Shown one piece after another: positions 8,474-18,951 of a stretch of 64,000 bases of DNA. The stretch is from the NCBI GenBank assembly GCA_041665525.1, contig JBAYIS010000001.1:215418-279417 (forward strand). The letters are read 5' to 3'. This stretch comes from Bacteroidota bacterium (lineage in GTDB: Bacteria; Bacteroidota; Ignavibacteria; UBA10030; UBA8401). A model generated the notes under the pieces. That model made no database searches and was not told the origin of the DNA. It was given only the letters and a program-made list of their open reading frames with translations. How positions within the stretch are numbered: the first letter of the stretch is position 1; each line of letters begins with the position of its first letter. The position numbers and the translations under genes were made by a program.

Positions 8474-9039
8474 ATGCGATCTACCTCGCTCCATTCGGGA
8501 TAATTGAGGAAGATGTTTTATCGACGCTGGAAATCTGCCTGTGGCAGGTTTACGGTTTTGATATTCGTAGAATACCGCCGTTGCCGGATCCTTCCGCGGC
8601 ACTGGATGTAAAAAACAATCAATATAATTCGTCACTCGTTTTAAAGGACCTATTAAAAAAAATACCAAAGGATGCGGAAAAGGTCCTGGGAATCACGAGC
8701 CGCGATTTGTTTATTCCGATGCTCAGTTTCGTTTTCGGTCATGCACAGTTGAACGGGCCGGCAGCGATCGTTTCACTCGCACGACTCCATCAGGATTTTT
8801 ATCACCTGCCGGAGAACAGGGAGTTATTCCTCCACCGGGTAATGAAGGAAGCAATCCATGAGATTGGACACACGTTCGGATTGATCCATTGCCCCGATTT
8901 GAACTGCGCAATGTCCTTGTCCAATGCGATTCAATTTGTCGATAAAAAAAACGGAGAGCTCTGCAATAATTGTACGATTCTCTTCGAAGAATCCACCAAA
9001 CATAGCCGCCGTGAGAACGGCATGGAGATGCAGCAATGA
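8470..9039 (+). CDS. Archaemetzincin-type zinc metalloprotease (AmzA-like)
   Basis: HEIGHTFGLIHCPDLNCAMS-x16-CNNC matches the archaemetzincin signature HEXXHXXGX3CX4CXM...CXXC. The GTG start overlaps the kinase stop (GTGA). Its stop overlaps the regulator start (ATGA). Confidence 0.8.
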   Translation: MNAIYLAPFGIIEEDVLSTLEICLWQVYGFDIRRIPPLPDPSAALDVKNNQYNSSLVLKDLLKKIPKDAEKVLGITSRDLFIPMLSFVFGHAQLNGPAAIVSLARLHQDFYHLPENRELFLHRVMKEAIHEIGHTFGLIHCPDLNCAMSLSNAIQFVDKKNGELCNNCTILFEESTKHSRRENGMEMQQ

Positions 9040-10397
9040 AAAAATTATGGAACATTATGGTAGTAGACGATGAAGAAGTAATGCGGGAATCACTTGCCGC
9101 TTGGCTTCGAGAAGATGGATATACCGTGGAGACAGCTGAATCGGGGAAAGAGGCGATCGATAAAACAAAATTGAAGGAATATGCCATATATTTTATCGAT
9201 CTGAAAATGCCGGGCGGGCACGACGGTATTGAAACCATGATGGAGATAAGAAAGATCCAGCCGGAAGCGTCGATTATTATTGTCACTGCTTATGCTACGG
9301 TCGATACTGCCATCACAGCGATGAAAGAAGGAGCACAGGAGTATATCGTTAAACCGTGCAATCCGGAAGAGATCTCATTGCTGGTCAGCCGCATCATTAA
9401 GATAAAAAATCTGCAGCGTGAGAATTCCATCCTGCGGAAGAAGTTGACGAAGCAGTACAGTTTCTGTGATATCATCAGCAAAAATCCGAAGATGTTGGAA
9501 ATTTTCAACCTGATAAAGGAGGTGGCGAGTCTTCGCAGCACTGTGATGATTCAAGGAGAAAGCGGTACGGGGAAGGAGTTGATTGCCCGCGCGATCCATT
9601 ACTCCGGAGATCGGGCAGGAAAACCTTTCGTGGGTGTTTCATGTGCTGCATTAACTGAATCCCTGCTTGAATCAGAATTATTCGGCCATGAAAAAGGTTC
9701 CTTTACCGGCGCTACGGGACAGAAAAAAGGAAAATTTGAAATGGCGGAAGGCGGAACGATCTTCCTGGATGAGATCGGAGACATTTCTCCCAAACTGCAG
9801 TTAAATCTTTTGCGAATCCTTCAGGAACGGAATTTCTATCGTGTTGGTGGGACGGAACAGATTGATGTGGATGTGAGAGTGATTGCGGCAACCAACAGAA
9901 ATCTGGAAGATGCGGTAAGAGAAGGAAGATTCCGCGATGATCTTTTTTACCGATTGAATGTTATTAACATACATCTGCCGTCACTTCGCGATCGGCGGGA
10001 AGACATTCCGTTACTCGTCCACAATTTTATCGAACACATTGGCCCGGAACTCGGCAGGGAAGTGAACGATATTTCAGAAGGGGCGCTCAAGATTTTGTTG
10101 AATCACAACTGGCCGGGCAATGTGCGTGAACTGGAAAATGCCGTTGAACGTGCGATCGTTACGTGCAAAACAAAAGTGTTGATGGAGGATGATTTTGCTT
10201 TTATTATCAGCCACTCGGTGGAAAAGAAACAATGGGACATCCCGTCCCAGCTGACGCTGGAAGAGATTGAAAATCAGGCTATTACTGCTACGCTGCACCG
10301 TACACATGGGAATATTAAGGAAGCCTCCTCAATATTGGGTGTCGACCGTTCTACACTCTACGACAGGATTAAGAAATACAATTTGCCGAGGAATTGA
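9036..10397 (+). CDS. Sigma-54-dependent response regulator (NtrC family: REC + AAA+ + Fis-type HTH)
   Basis: Receiver domain (VVDDEE...DLKMPG). Walker A is GESGTGKE. The sigma-54 contact loop is GSFTGA. The C-terminal HTH reads AITATLHRTHGNIKEASSILGVDRSTLYDRIKK. Confidence 0.9.
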   Translation: MKKLWNIMVVDDEEVMRESLAAWLREDGYTVETAESGKEAIDKTKLKEYAIYFIDLKMPGGHDGIETMMEIRKIQPEASIIIVTAYATVDTAITAMKEGAQEYIVKPCNPEEISLLVSRIIKIKNLQRENSILRKKLTKQYSFCDIISKNPKMLEIFNLIKEVASLRSTVMIQGESGTGKELIARAIHYSGDRAGKPFVGVSCAALTESLLESELFGHEKGSFTGATGQKKGKFEMAEGGTIFLDEIGDISPKLQLNLLRILQERNFYRVGGTEQIDVDVRVIAATNRNLEDAVREGRFRDDLFYRLNVINIHLPSLRDRREDIPLLVHNFIEHIGPELGREVNDISEGALKILLNHNWPGNVRELENAVERAIVTCKTKVLMEDDFAFIISHSVEKKQWDIPSQLTLEEIENQAITATLHRTHGNIKEASSILGVDRSTLYDRIKKYNLPRN

Positions 10398-10438
10398 ACG
10401 GTGCTGTTTTTCTCCGTACATTCGTTCTGACTGAATCG

Positions 10439-10470
10439 AATCCGTCGCTGCCGCGGCGGATTTTTTATTT
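10439..10470 (+). terminator. Rho-independent terminator after the two-component operon
   Basis: AATCCGTCGC-TGCC-GCGGCGGATT forms a 10-bp stem with one G-U pair. It is followed by TTTTATTT. It lies 42 nt after the regulator stop. Confidence 0.6.
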
Positions 10471-10486
10471 CACATACGGATCACCT

Positions 10487-11443
10487 ATGGAAGATGTTAT
10501 TATTATCGGCGCCGGCCCTTCCGGACTTGCGGTTGCTATTGAAGCAAAAAAGAACGGGTTGAAATATGTCGTCATTGAAAAAGGAGGCGTTGTAAATTCG
10601 CTGCAAAATTTTCCGGCGGAGATGACATTCTTTTCGACACCCGAATTGCTGGAGATCGGAAACATCCCGTTCACATCGGCGCAGATGCGTCCTACCCGTG
10701 CAGAAGGATTGGAATATTATACCCGCATTGTCGACCACTTCCATTTAAACTGTCGATTTTTTGAAGCTGTTACCGCAGTTATTCATTCCAGCAACTCATT
10801 TTCTGTAAAAACGTCAAAAGCGTCTTACGAAGGACGAAACGTTGTGCTGGCGACCGGTTATTATGACCATCCCAACATTCTTCACATTCCCGGCGAAACA
10901 CTTCCCAAGGTTTCTCACTATTATAATGAACCGTATAGGTATTTTCAACAGAGTGTATTGATCATCGGTGCAAAGAACTCCGCTGCGATCGCAGCACTCG
11001 AGTTGTACAGACACGGCGCTAATGTCACGCTCGTTCATCGCGGCGAAAGACTTTCCGATAAGATCAAATATTGGATTCTCCCCGATCTGGAAAACAGAAT
11101 CAAAGAAAAATCGATCGCTGCATTGTTCAATACACAGGTCACCTCCATTACGGAGAATAGTGTTTGGCTGAAAAATGCTGAAGGTGAATTTGAGATCGAA
11201 AACGATTTTGTTTTTGCCCTTACCGGGTATCATCCGGACTACGATTTTCTCAGAACCTGTGGCATTGAACTGAATGAAGAAGACAACTCGCCGAATCGAA
11301 ACTCCGAAACATTGGAGACCAATGTGAAAGGACTTTATGTCGCCGGATCGATCGTTGCAGGGAAGAACAACAATTCAATCTTTATTGAAAACGGTCGGTT
11401 ACACGGAAAAACAATCATTGATGCGATTGTTAAATGCTTGTAA
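10487..11443 (+). CDS. YpdA-family FAD-dependent pyridine nucleotide-disulfide oxidoreductase (putative bacillithiol-disulfide reductase type)
   Basis: IIIGAGPSGLAVAIEAKKNGLKYVVIEKGGVVNSLQNFPAEMTFFSTPELLEIGNIPF is typical of YpdA-like proteins. I trimmed the start to the ATG at 10487 because the ORF-track extension spans the terminator hairpin. Confidence 0.75.
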   Translation: MEDVIIIGAGPSGLAVAIEAKKNGLKYVVIEKGGVVNSLQNFPAEMTFFSTPELLEIGNIPFTSAQMRPTRAEGLEYYTRIVDHFHLNCRFFEAVTAVIHSSNSFSVKTSKASYEGRNVVLATGYYDHPNILHIPGETLPKVSHYYNEPYRYFQQSVLIIGAKNSAAIAALELYRHGANVTLVHRGERLSDKIKYWILPDLENRIKEKSIAALFNTQVTSITENSVWLKNAEGEFEIENDFVFALTGYHPDYDFLRTCGIELNEEDNSPNRNSETLETNVKGLYVAGSIVAGKNNNSIFIENGRLHGKTIIDAIVKCL

Positions 11444-11524
11444 CGCTGCATACAATCTCAACAATCGATACGGCATGAGTACAGCGCCCACTTTTCCTGA
11501 AGTTTTACATTGATTATCTTCTAA

Positions 11525-12997
<1,473 letters not shown>

Positions 12998-13003
12998 TTA
13001 CCT

Positions 13004-13411
13004 ATGGCAGACAAACATTTCTTATTGGATATCATCACACCGGCAAAGACAGTGTTCTCCGGCGACGTGCTGAGTTTCACAGCACCCGGAGTTATCGGAA
13101 ATTTTCAGGTGTTATTCAATCATGCTCCGCTTCTTTCGGCTATCGGTATCGGTGAGATTAAAATCGTCGGAACGGACGGTGCAAAAATCCGATTTGCTAC
13201 CAGCGGCGGATTTGTTGAAGTGAAATCGAACAAAGTGATTATTCTCGCAGAATCAGCGGAGAGCGAGGAAGAAATCAATATAGAGCGGGCGGAACGGTCC
13301 AAAAGCCGGGCACTTGACCGGCTTGCAAAAAAAGGTGATGCGGACGTTGAACGTGCACGCGTTGCATTGAATCGTTCGTTGAACCGTCTCAAGATCGCTT
13401 TAAAGAAATAA
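13004..13411 (+). CDS. atpC: F1 ATP synthase epsilon subunit
   Basis: 135 aa, immediately after atpD. It has the typical epsilon N-terminal beta domain and C-terminal helical hairpin sequence. Confidence 0.9.
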   Translation: MADKHFLLDIITPAKTVFSGDVLSFTAPGVIGNFQVLFNHAPLLSAIGIGEIKIVGTDGAKIRFATSGGFVEVKSNKVIILAESAESEEEINIERAERSKSRALDRLAKKGDADVERARVALNRSLNRLKIALKK

Positions 13412-13430
13412 CACAGGAGTTCACCTTCAC

Positions 13431-13464
13431 AGCCCACTGAAGTGCTCTTCTGTGGGCTTTTTTG
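13431..13464 (+). terminator. Rho-independent terminator after atpC
   Basis: AGCCCAC...GTGGGCT forms a 7-bp stem and is followed by TTTTTGTTT. Confidence 0.6.
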
Positions 13465-13471
13465 TTTGACT

Positions 13472-14599
13472 ATGGATCTCATGCGCCCTACGTTTGCTCA
13501 AATCGACCTGCACGCTGTCAATACAAACCTGAAGCAGATCCGGAAGATCGTCGGAAAGCAGCCATTGATTATGGCTATGGTGAAAGGGAATGCATACGGT
13601 CACGGGATGATACCGGTAGCCCAATCGATTTTCCGAAGCGGATCCGCTCAATATTTCGGTGTTGCAATCGTTGAAGAAGGGATTGAACTGCGAAAAGCGA
13701 AGATCAAACTCCCAATTCTCGTACTTACCTCCCCGCATAAAGAACAACTTGCATTGTTCGCCCGTTATAGTCTTGAAACAACTATCTGCGATCTGTCAAC
13801 TGCCTGTGCGCTGAATAATGCTGCCGGTAAACTTCGAAAAACTGTACCTGTTCATATAAAAATAGATACCGGCATGGGAAGGATCGGTGTGAGTTCAACC
13901 GAAGCCGTCCGGTTCGTCGAAAAAATCCTGACACTGCCGAATCTTATTGTCAAAGGAATTTGGACGCATTTTGCATCTTCCGATGAAAGGGATTTGCGAT
14001 TCGCACATGAACAACTGAAAAACTTTCGTTCCATTGTAACGACTCTGGAATTGAAGGGAATTCACATTCCGTTGGTGCATTGCGCGAACAGCGGGGCTAT
14101 TCTGCAAATGCCCGATTCCTATTTTGATATGGTTCGTCCCGGCATCATGATCTACGGTTATACTCCGGCGGCGGATATGAAGCTGAATTTCCGTCTGCTG
14201 CCGGCACTGGATTTCATCAGCAGGGTTGGATTTTTGAAATGTGTGGGAAAGGGGACAAGCATCAGTTATGGTAGGCGATATTATACCAGGATGCCTTCCA
14301 CGATTGCGAGCATCACTGTTGGATATGCTGACGGATATTTTCGTACATTGACCAACAAAGCATTTGTGCTCATCCGTGGGAAAAAATATCCGGTAGCGGG
14401 AACAGTCTGCATGGATCAGATCATGGCGGACACCGGATCAAATCCTGTTCGTGTTGGAGATGAAGTCGTGCTGATCGGAAAACGGGGGAAAGAAGTCATC
14501 ACAGCCTGGGACATAGCAAAAGCGGCAGGAACAATCCCGTATGAAGTGACGACTGCGATATCACAGCGAGTACCGAGAGTGTATATCTATGGAAAATAA
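13472..14599 (+). CDS. alr: Alanine racemase
   Basis: PLP-lysine region MAMVKGNAYGHG and the C-terminal PYEVTTAISQRVPRVY. I moved the start to the ATG at 13472, downstream of the atpC terminator. Confidence 0.9.
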   Translation: MDLMRPTFAQIDLHAVNTNLKQIRKIVGKQPLIMAMVKGNAYGHGMIPVAQSIFRSGSAQYFGVAIVEEGIELRKAKIKLPILVLTSPHKEQLALFARYSLETTICDLSTACALNNAAGKLRKTVPVHIKIDTGMGRIGVSSTEAVRFVEKILTLPNLIVKGIWTHFASSDERDLRFAHEQLKNFRSIVTTLELKGIHIPLVHCANSGAILQMPDSYFDMVRPGIMIYGYTPAADMKLNFRLLPALDFISRVGFLKCVGKGTSISYGRRYYTRMPSTIASITVGYADGYFRTLTNKAFVLIRGKKYPVAGTVCMDQIMADTGSNPVRVGDEVVLIGKRGKEVITAWDIAKAAGTIPYEVTTAISQRVPRVYIYGK

Positions 14600-15551
14600 C
14601 GAAGAATATTTATTGCGCGCCCTCCGCCGCACCAGCAGCGGATTGACGGACAGTCTTATCCCTGCGCATGGTGCAAAACTGACAAAACTGCTGCAAAAAA
14701 TCGAGACATCCGAATCGGTGTCGTGGGAAGTGCAATCGTTGTTAAATGTGCAGGGATTCGGCAAATGTGCTCTTGCAATGGAATGGCTTCTCGAACGGAC
14801 ACAACGGTCGAACGATTTTTTCTCGCCGGAACAATTTGAAAGCGATGTACTGCTGCTGAATGAGAAACTGTTTGAAGCATTTCTCAACCAGCCGTTCGAT
14901 ATGCCGGATTTTTCACGGACGTTCGAAGCGCCGGTCCGTCCTATCCAGCAGGACATCCAGGTCTCCGATGATGAATTTTTCGGATCAAGCCATCACGTTC
15001 AACAGGAAGACCTACAAGCCTCAGTTCAACCGCCGGAACCGGAAGGATCGACGCAAACTTTTGCGGAACCGTCATGGGATACTTCTCAAGCATCCATAGA
15101 TTCGTTCGAAGCGGCGCTTATTGCCGCGCCAACGGAACCGCAGCAAAGTTCATCGCAGCAAGATACTACTCCTGCACTTTCCGAAGCGATGACCCCGGAT
15201 CTCTTTGAATCGGCGGAACGTGTTGCGCAGACAGCGATTGAATTTTTTGATAAGACCCCGGGTGAACGTCCAGTTGCAATGGCGGTCTTTCGCGTAACGG
15301 CTCGTGCTGCAGGGGAATCGGCGAAATCTGCCGGAAATGTTATTGTGCAGGAATTTTTTGACAGCATTTTAAAACTGATCGCGTATGCGGATGAACAGGG
15401 GAAGATAAAAAGTGATCCGTTTGCCGATATCATCCGGGATATTGGCGACCGACTTTCCGGTGCACTGAAAGAACAGCAAGGCGGAATAACGCATCTGAAA
15501 AACCTGACGATGTATGTCAGCAATCCCAAAGAACTTTTTTCTAAGAGATAA
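14589..15551 (+). CDS. Hypothetical protein: two predicted folded ends joined by an acidic Q/S/P/E-rich linker
   Basis: 320-aa ORF that fills the gap between alr and the next gene. I recognise no motifs. The start is uncertain because it overlaps alr by 11 nt. Confidence 0.45.
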   Translation: MENNEEYLLRALRRTSSGLTDSLIPAHGAKLTKLLQKIETSESVSWEVQSLLNVQGFGKCALAMEWLLERTQRSNDFFSPEQFESDVLLLNEKLFEAFLNQPFDMPDFSRTFEAPVRPIQQDIQVSDDEFFGSSHHVQQEDLQASVQPPEPEGSTQTFAEPSWDTSQASIDSFEAALIAAPTEPQQSSSQQDTTPALSEAMTPDLFESAERVAQTAIEFFDKTPGERPVAMAVFRVTARAAGESAKSAGNVIVQEFFDSILKLIAYADEQGKIKSDPFADIIRDIGDRLSGALKEQQGGITHLKNLTMYVSNPKELFSKR

Positions 15552-15552
15552 T

Positions 15553-16647
15553 ATGGAACAACAGCCAATTTATGCGGTGATCATGGCGGGAGGTGTCGGT
15601 TCACGTTTCTGGCCCCGCAGCAGAGAAAAAAATCCGAAACAGTTGCTGGAGATCACCGGCGAAGGCACGATGATTCAAAATACCGTCAAGCGGATGAAAG
15701 GATTCGTAGAAGAGAAGAATGTCTTTGTCGTAACCAATAAGTTACAGAAGAATGCAATCATTAAGCAGCTGCCGAATGTTCCTGCAGAAAACATTATCGT
15801 CGAACCGGTAGGAAGGAATACTGCTCCCTGCATCGGACTGGCAGCGCTCTTCATAGACCGCCTCGATCCGAAAGGAATCATGATTGTGTTGCCGGCAGAT
15901 CATATCATCGGCAACGAACCGGAATTTATCCGGGTGCTGAAAACAGCAGCGCAGGTTGCGCATATTACCGCCGGATTGGTGACGATCGGCATCCATCCTA
16001 CGCACCCCGAAACAGGATACGGATATATCCAGGCGAAGGACGCAAGCGAGGAGACCCAACCGGTGAATATCGATGGTGTTTTTGAAGTGAAAACCTTTGC
16101 GGAAAAACCGAATTATGCGATGGCGATCAAATTTCTGGAGAGCGGCGATTTCTACTGGAACAGCGGAATGTTCATCTGGCGGGTGGATACGATTCTGAAT
16201 GAAATCCATCGCAGCCTTCCCGAATTGCATGGTCAGTTAATGAATCTCCAGCCGTCCATCGGGACTCCGTTATTTGAACAAAATCTTGAAACTGTCTACG
16301 GACTTATCCGCGGCATCTCTATCGACTACGGCGTGATGGAAAAAGCACAACGTGTATATGTCGTTAAAGGAGATTTCGGATGGAATGACCTTGGATCATG
16401 GGATGAAGTGAACAGGATTTCAAAAAAGGATGAACAGGGAAATTATCATCACGGCAAAGTGATTTCCGTTAACTCCAAAAACACTTATGTGCATACATCA
16501 GACAAATTGATTGCTGCGGTTGGGCTGGAAGATGTTATTATCATCAATACACCCGATGCAATTCTGGTGTGCAAAAAAGGAGCATCGCAGGATGTGAAGG
16601 AAATCGTCGATCACTTGAAACGAAAACAGATGAATGAATATCTCTAA
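15553..16647 (+). CDS. Mannose-1-phosphate guanylyltransferase (nucleotidyltransferase domain only)
   Basis: AVIMAGGVGSRFWPRSREKNPKQLL and downstream GMP-type motifs. The ATG at 15553 lies 2 nt after the preceding stop. Confidence 0.85.
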   Translation: MEQQPIYAVIMAGGVGSRFWPRSREKNPKQLLEITGEGTMIQNTVKRMKGFVEEKNVFVVTNKLQKNAIIKQLPNVPAENIIVEPVGRNTAPCIGLAALFIDRLDPKGIMIVLPADHIIGNEPEFIRVLKTAAQVAHITAGLVTIGIHPTHPETGYGYIQAKDASEETQPVNIDGVFEVKTFAEKPNYAMAIKFLESGDFYWNSGMFIWRVDTILNEIHRSLPELHGQLMNLQPSIGTPLFEQNLETVYGLIRGISIDYGVMEKAQRVYVVKGDFGWNDLGSWDEVNRISKKDEQGNYHHGKVISVNSKNTYVHTSDKLIAAVGLEDVIIINTPDAILVCKKGASQDVKEIVDHLKRKQMNEYL

Positions 16648-17140
16648 TTCTTCAGTCCGCATTGTCCGTGATTCCAGACTTCGCTTGGTTCAGCGGCAGG
16701 TCTGGAATTTCTTTTTGTCCGTATTTCTCGGTGTGATAATCACATCCTGTGCATCATCCCCGCGGTTTACCAAGGACCGGTTCTCCGAGCCGAGGGTCTC
16801 ATCAACAAAACCGGCAGCTTCTTCAACAAACGGCAAAGCGACCACGTACAAAGGGATAGCATCGTACTATGCGCATGATTTTCACGGTAAGAAAACTGCG
16901 AACGGAGAAATTTTTGATATGCATGGGCTTACAGCTGCTCACCGTTCATTTCCGTTCAATACAAAAGTGAAGGTGACGAACAATGATAACGGCAGGGCAT
17001 GTATCATACGCGTGAATGACCGAGGACCGTTCAAATTGGAAAGAATCATGGACCTGTCGCTCGGTGCAGCAGAAGCGTTGGATATGATGAAAACAGGGAC
17101 TGCCAATGTTACACTGGAAGTTCTTGAGTGGGGAGAATAG
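16634..17140 (+). CDS. rlpA: RlpA-family septal ring lytic transglycosylase (DPBB domain) lipoprotein
   Basis: GIASYYAHDFHGKKTANGEIFDMHGLTAAHRSFPFNTKVKVTN...IIRVNDRGPF, plus an N-terminal TM/lipobox-like region (ITSC). Confidence 0.8.
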   Translation: MNISNSSVRIVRDSRLRLVQRQVWNFFLSVFLGVIITSCASSPRFTKDRFSEPRVSSTKPAASSTNGKATTYKGIASYYAHDFHGKKTANGEIFDMHGLTAAHRSFPFNTKVKVTNNDNGRACIIRVNDRGPFKLERIMDLSLGAAEALDMMKTGTANVTLEVLEWGE

Positions 17141-17217
17141 AACAACAAAATAGAGACTTCTGAAAAGCTAACTGAGTTACTGGACGCGATGGTGTTTATC
17201 GGGACATCCATCCTCAT

Positions 17218-18105
17218 TTATTCAGTTTTTATCGCATCTTCATACGCTGTTTGATGCGCTTGATCCACCTGGATCAATAATTGGTAAACACTCTTGTCGC
17301 CGTACCCCTTGAACACTTCCGCTAATTCCCCATACTTCGTATCAAAAAAATTCTTAAAGAGTATTGCACGAGGATTCGAGCTTTGTTTTAATGTTACGAT
17401 GTTATTGATAAGGAAAAGCATATTTTCATACGCTTTTCCCGGCTTCGTTGCTTTCAGATCCAATCCTTTAAAGTGATAGGAATACCATCCCTCACGGAAC
17501 GGTTGGTTATTTGGATTCAGGATTTCTTCGAGAAGATTGTATTTGCTGTAATTCGATCCGGTTCCTCGATCCCATCCCGATGCATTGGAAGGTGCCTGGT
17601 TGCATAAGTTGAATGCTTTCCGGAAATATTCTGTACCGCTCAGTTTGTCATACGAATCATAATCAAATCCCAGAATAAGGTACACGTAGAAGTCCAAAAA
17701 ATCTGTCAGCGGATCATAGATTGCTTCATTCCTGAAAAGCGGTTGCCCATCCACGTAAACAAAATCCCATTTGTCATCAAAGATGCGAAGCATTGGAGTA
17801 TTCTTTGATGATCTATCCTTCCCGACGTAGATCGGACGGGAACTGCCGATAAAGGCCTGGGCCTTGTACGAATTGCCATCCGAGGCAGAAGTAAAAAAAA
17901 TATTGATCGTGCATTTTATTTTCTCTCCACCGAGATCATCTGTTGACCATTTCTGAGAATTAATGTAGTTTTCCACATCGCGTTCGAAATGAACCAGCTT
18001 TTCTTTCGCAGCAGAGACCTGATCGAAGTTTACCGAAACATCGCATTCTACTTGCGCATATCCTAAGAGCGGTACCGTAATAAAAATCATCAGCAGTCGT
18101 AGCAT
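17218..18105 (-). CDS. Secreted DUF4835-like protein
   Basis: It has a signal peptide, and its size (295 aa) and N-terminal pattern resemble DUF4835 proteins of the FCB group. Assigned from memory only. Confidence 0.5.
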   Translation of the reverse strand: MLRLLMIFITVPLLGYAQVECDVSVNFDQVSAAKEKLVHFERDVENYINSQKWSTDDLGGEKIKCTINIFFTSASDGNSYKAQAFIGSSRPIYVGKDRSSKNTPMLRIFDDKWDFVYVDGQPLFRNEAIYDPLTDFLDFYVYLILGFDYDSYDKLSGTEYFRKAFNLCNQAPSNASGWDRGTGSNYSKYNLLEEILNPNNQPFREGWYSYHFKGLDLKATKPGKAYENMLFLINNIVTLKQSSNPRAILFKNFFDTKYGELAEVFKGYGDKSVYQLLIQVDQAHQTAYEDAIKTE

Positions 18106-18128
18106 TTCACAACCTTTCAGGGAATGTT

Positions 18129-18944
18129 ATGCATCAATATAAAATTTTCACTCTCTTCTTTCAAGTTATTCTCACCGTAAACACACTCTACTGCGGATTT
18201 GAACGGACATCGCAGCCGACGCAGGTTTTTAGTAGAGGTATGTCAGGATCGGCCTTCTTTTCCGAACAGCAGGCATGGATAAACCCTGCATCTATTGCAC
18301 ATGTTCCGTCCTTTCGGACGAGTATGTTCTACTCACCGTCGCCGTTCCAGTTATCGCAGCTTTCGAATTATGGCGTGATAACATCAAGTCCGTTTTGGAT
18401 TGCATCGGCAGCAGTCGGCTTTTCTTCTTTTGGATTTTCGCTCTATCGGGAAAGTACCGGATCAATCGTTCTTGGTTCAGCGATCAATGAACATATCGCG
18501 GCGGGAGTTGGTATTCATTTGTGTCATCTTTCGATAGAAAAGTATGGATCATCAACCAAAGGTGTAATGGATATCGGTATGATCTATTCTCTCAATGAAC
18601 AGGTAAATATAGGACTGGTGTTGAATAACCTTTCCGGTGCATCGTTCGGCGGTGATGATGACATTCCCAGAGTGATTACTTCGGGCATTTCGTATTCATT
18701 TTCAGAACAAGCGGCGATCCATATGGATGTTGTTAAAGATGTACGGTTTGCCGCAGCGTATCGCGCTGGATTCGACATTCGCCTGCATGACTATATCGTC
18801 GTCAATGCCGGAACGCGTTCTGATGCATCACAACTGTGCGGAGGTATCGGGATTGTTATTCCCGATTGGCAGATCGACTACGGGATTACAACACATACCG
18901 AGCTTGGCCTGACGCATTCCATCGGCATTACATTTCATCCATAA
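18129..18944 (+). CDS. Hypothetical outer-membrane beta-barrel-like protein
   Basis: Signal-like N-terminus. Alternating hydrophobic/aromatic strands, Gly/Ser-rich, ending in ...GLTHSIGITFHP (aromatic near the terminus). Confidence 0.4.
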   Translation: MHQYKIFTLFFQVILTVNTLYCGFERTSQPTQVFSRGMSGSAFFSEQQAWINPASIAHVPSFRTSMFYSPSPFQLSQLSNYGVITSSPFWIASAAVGFSSFGFSLYRESTGSIVLGSAINEHIAAGVGIHLCHLSIEKYGSSTKGVMDIGMIYSLNEQVNIGLVLNNLSGASFGGDDDIPRVITSGISYSFSEQAAIHMDVVKDVRFAAAYRAGFDIRLHDYIVVNAGTRSDASQLCGGIGIVIPDWQIDYGITTHTELGLTHSIGITFHP

Positions 18945-18951
18945 AAAGAGA

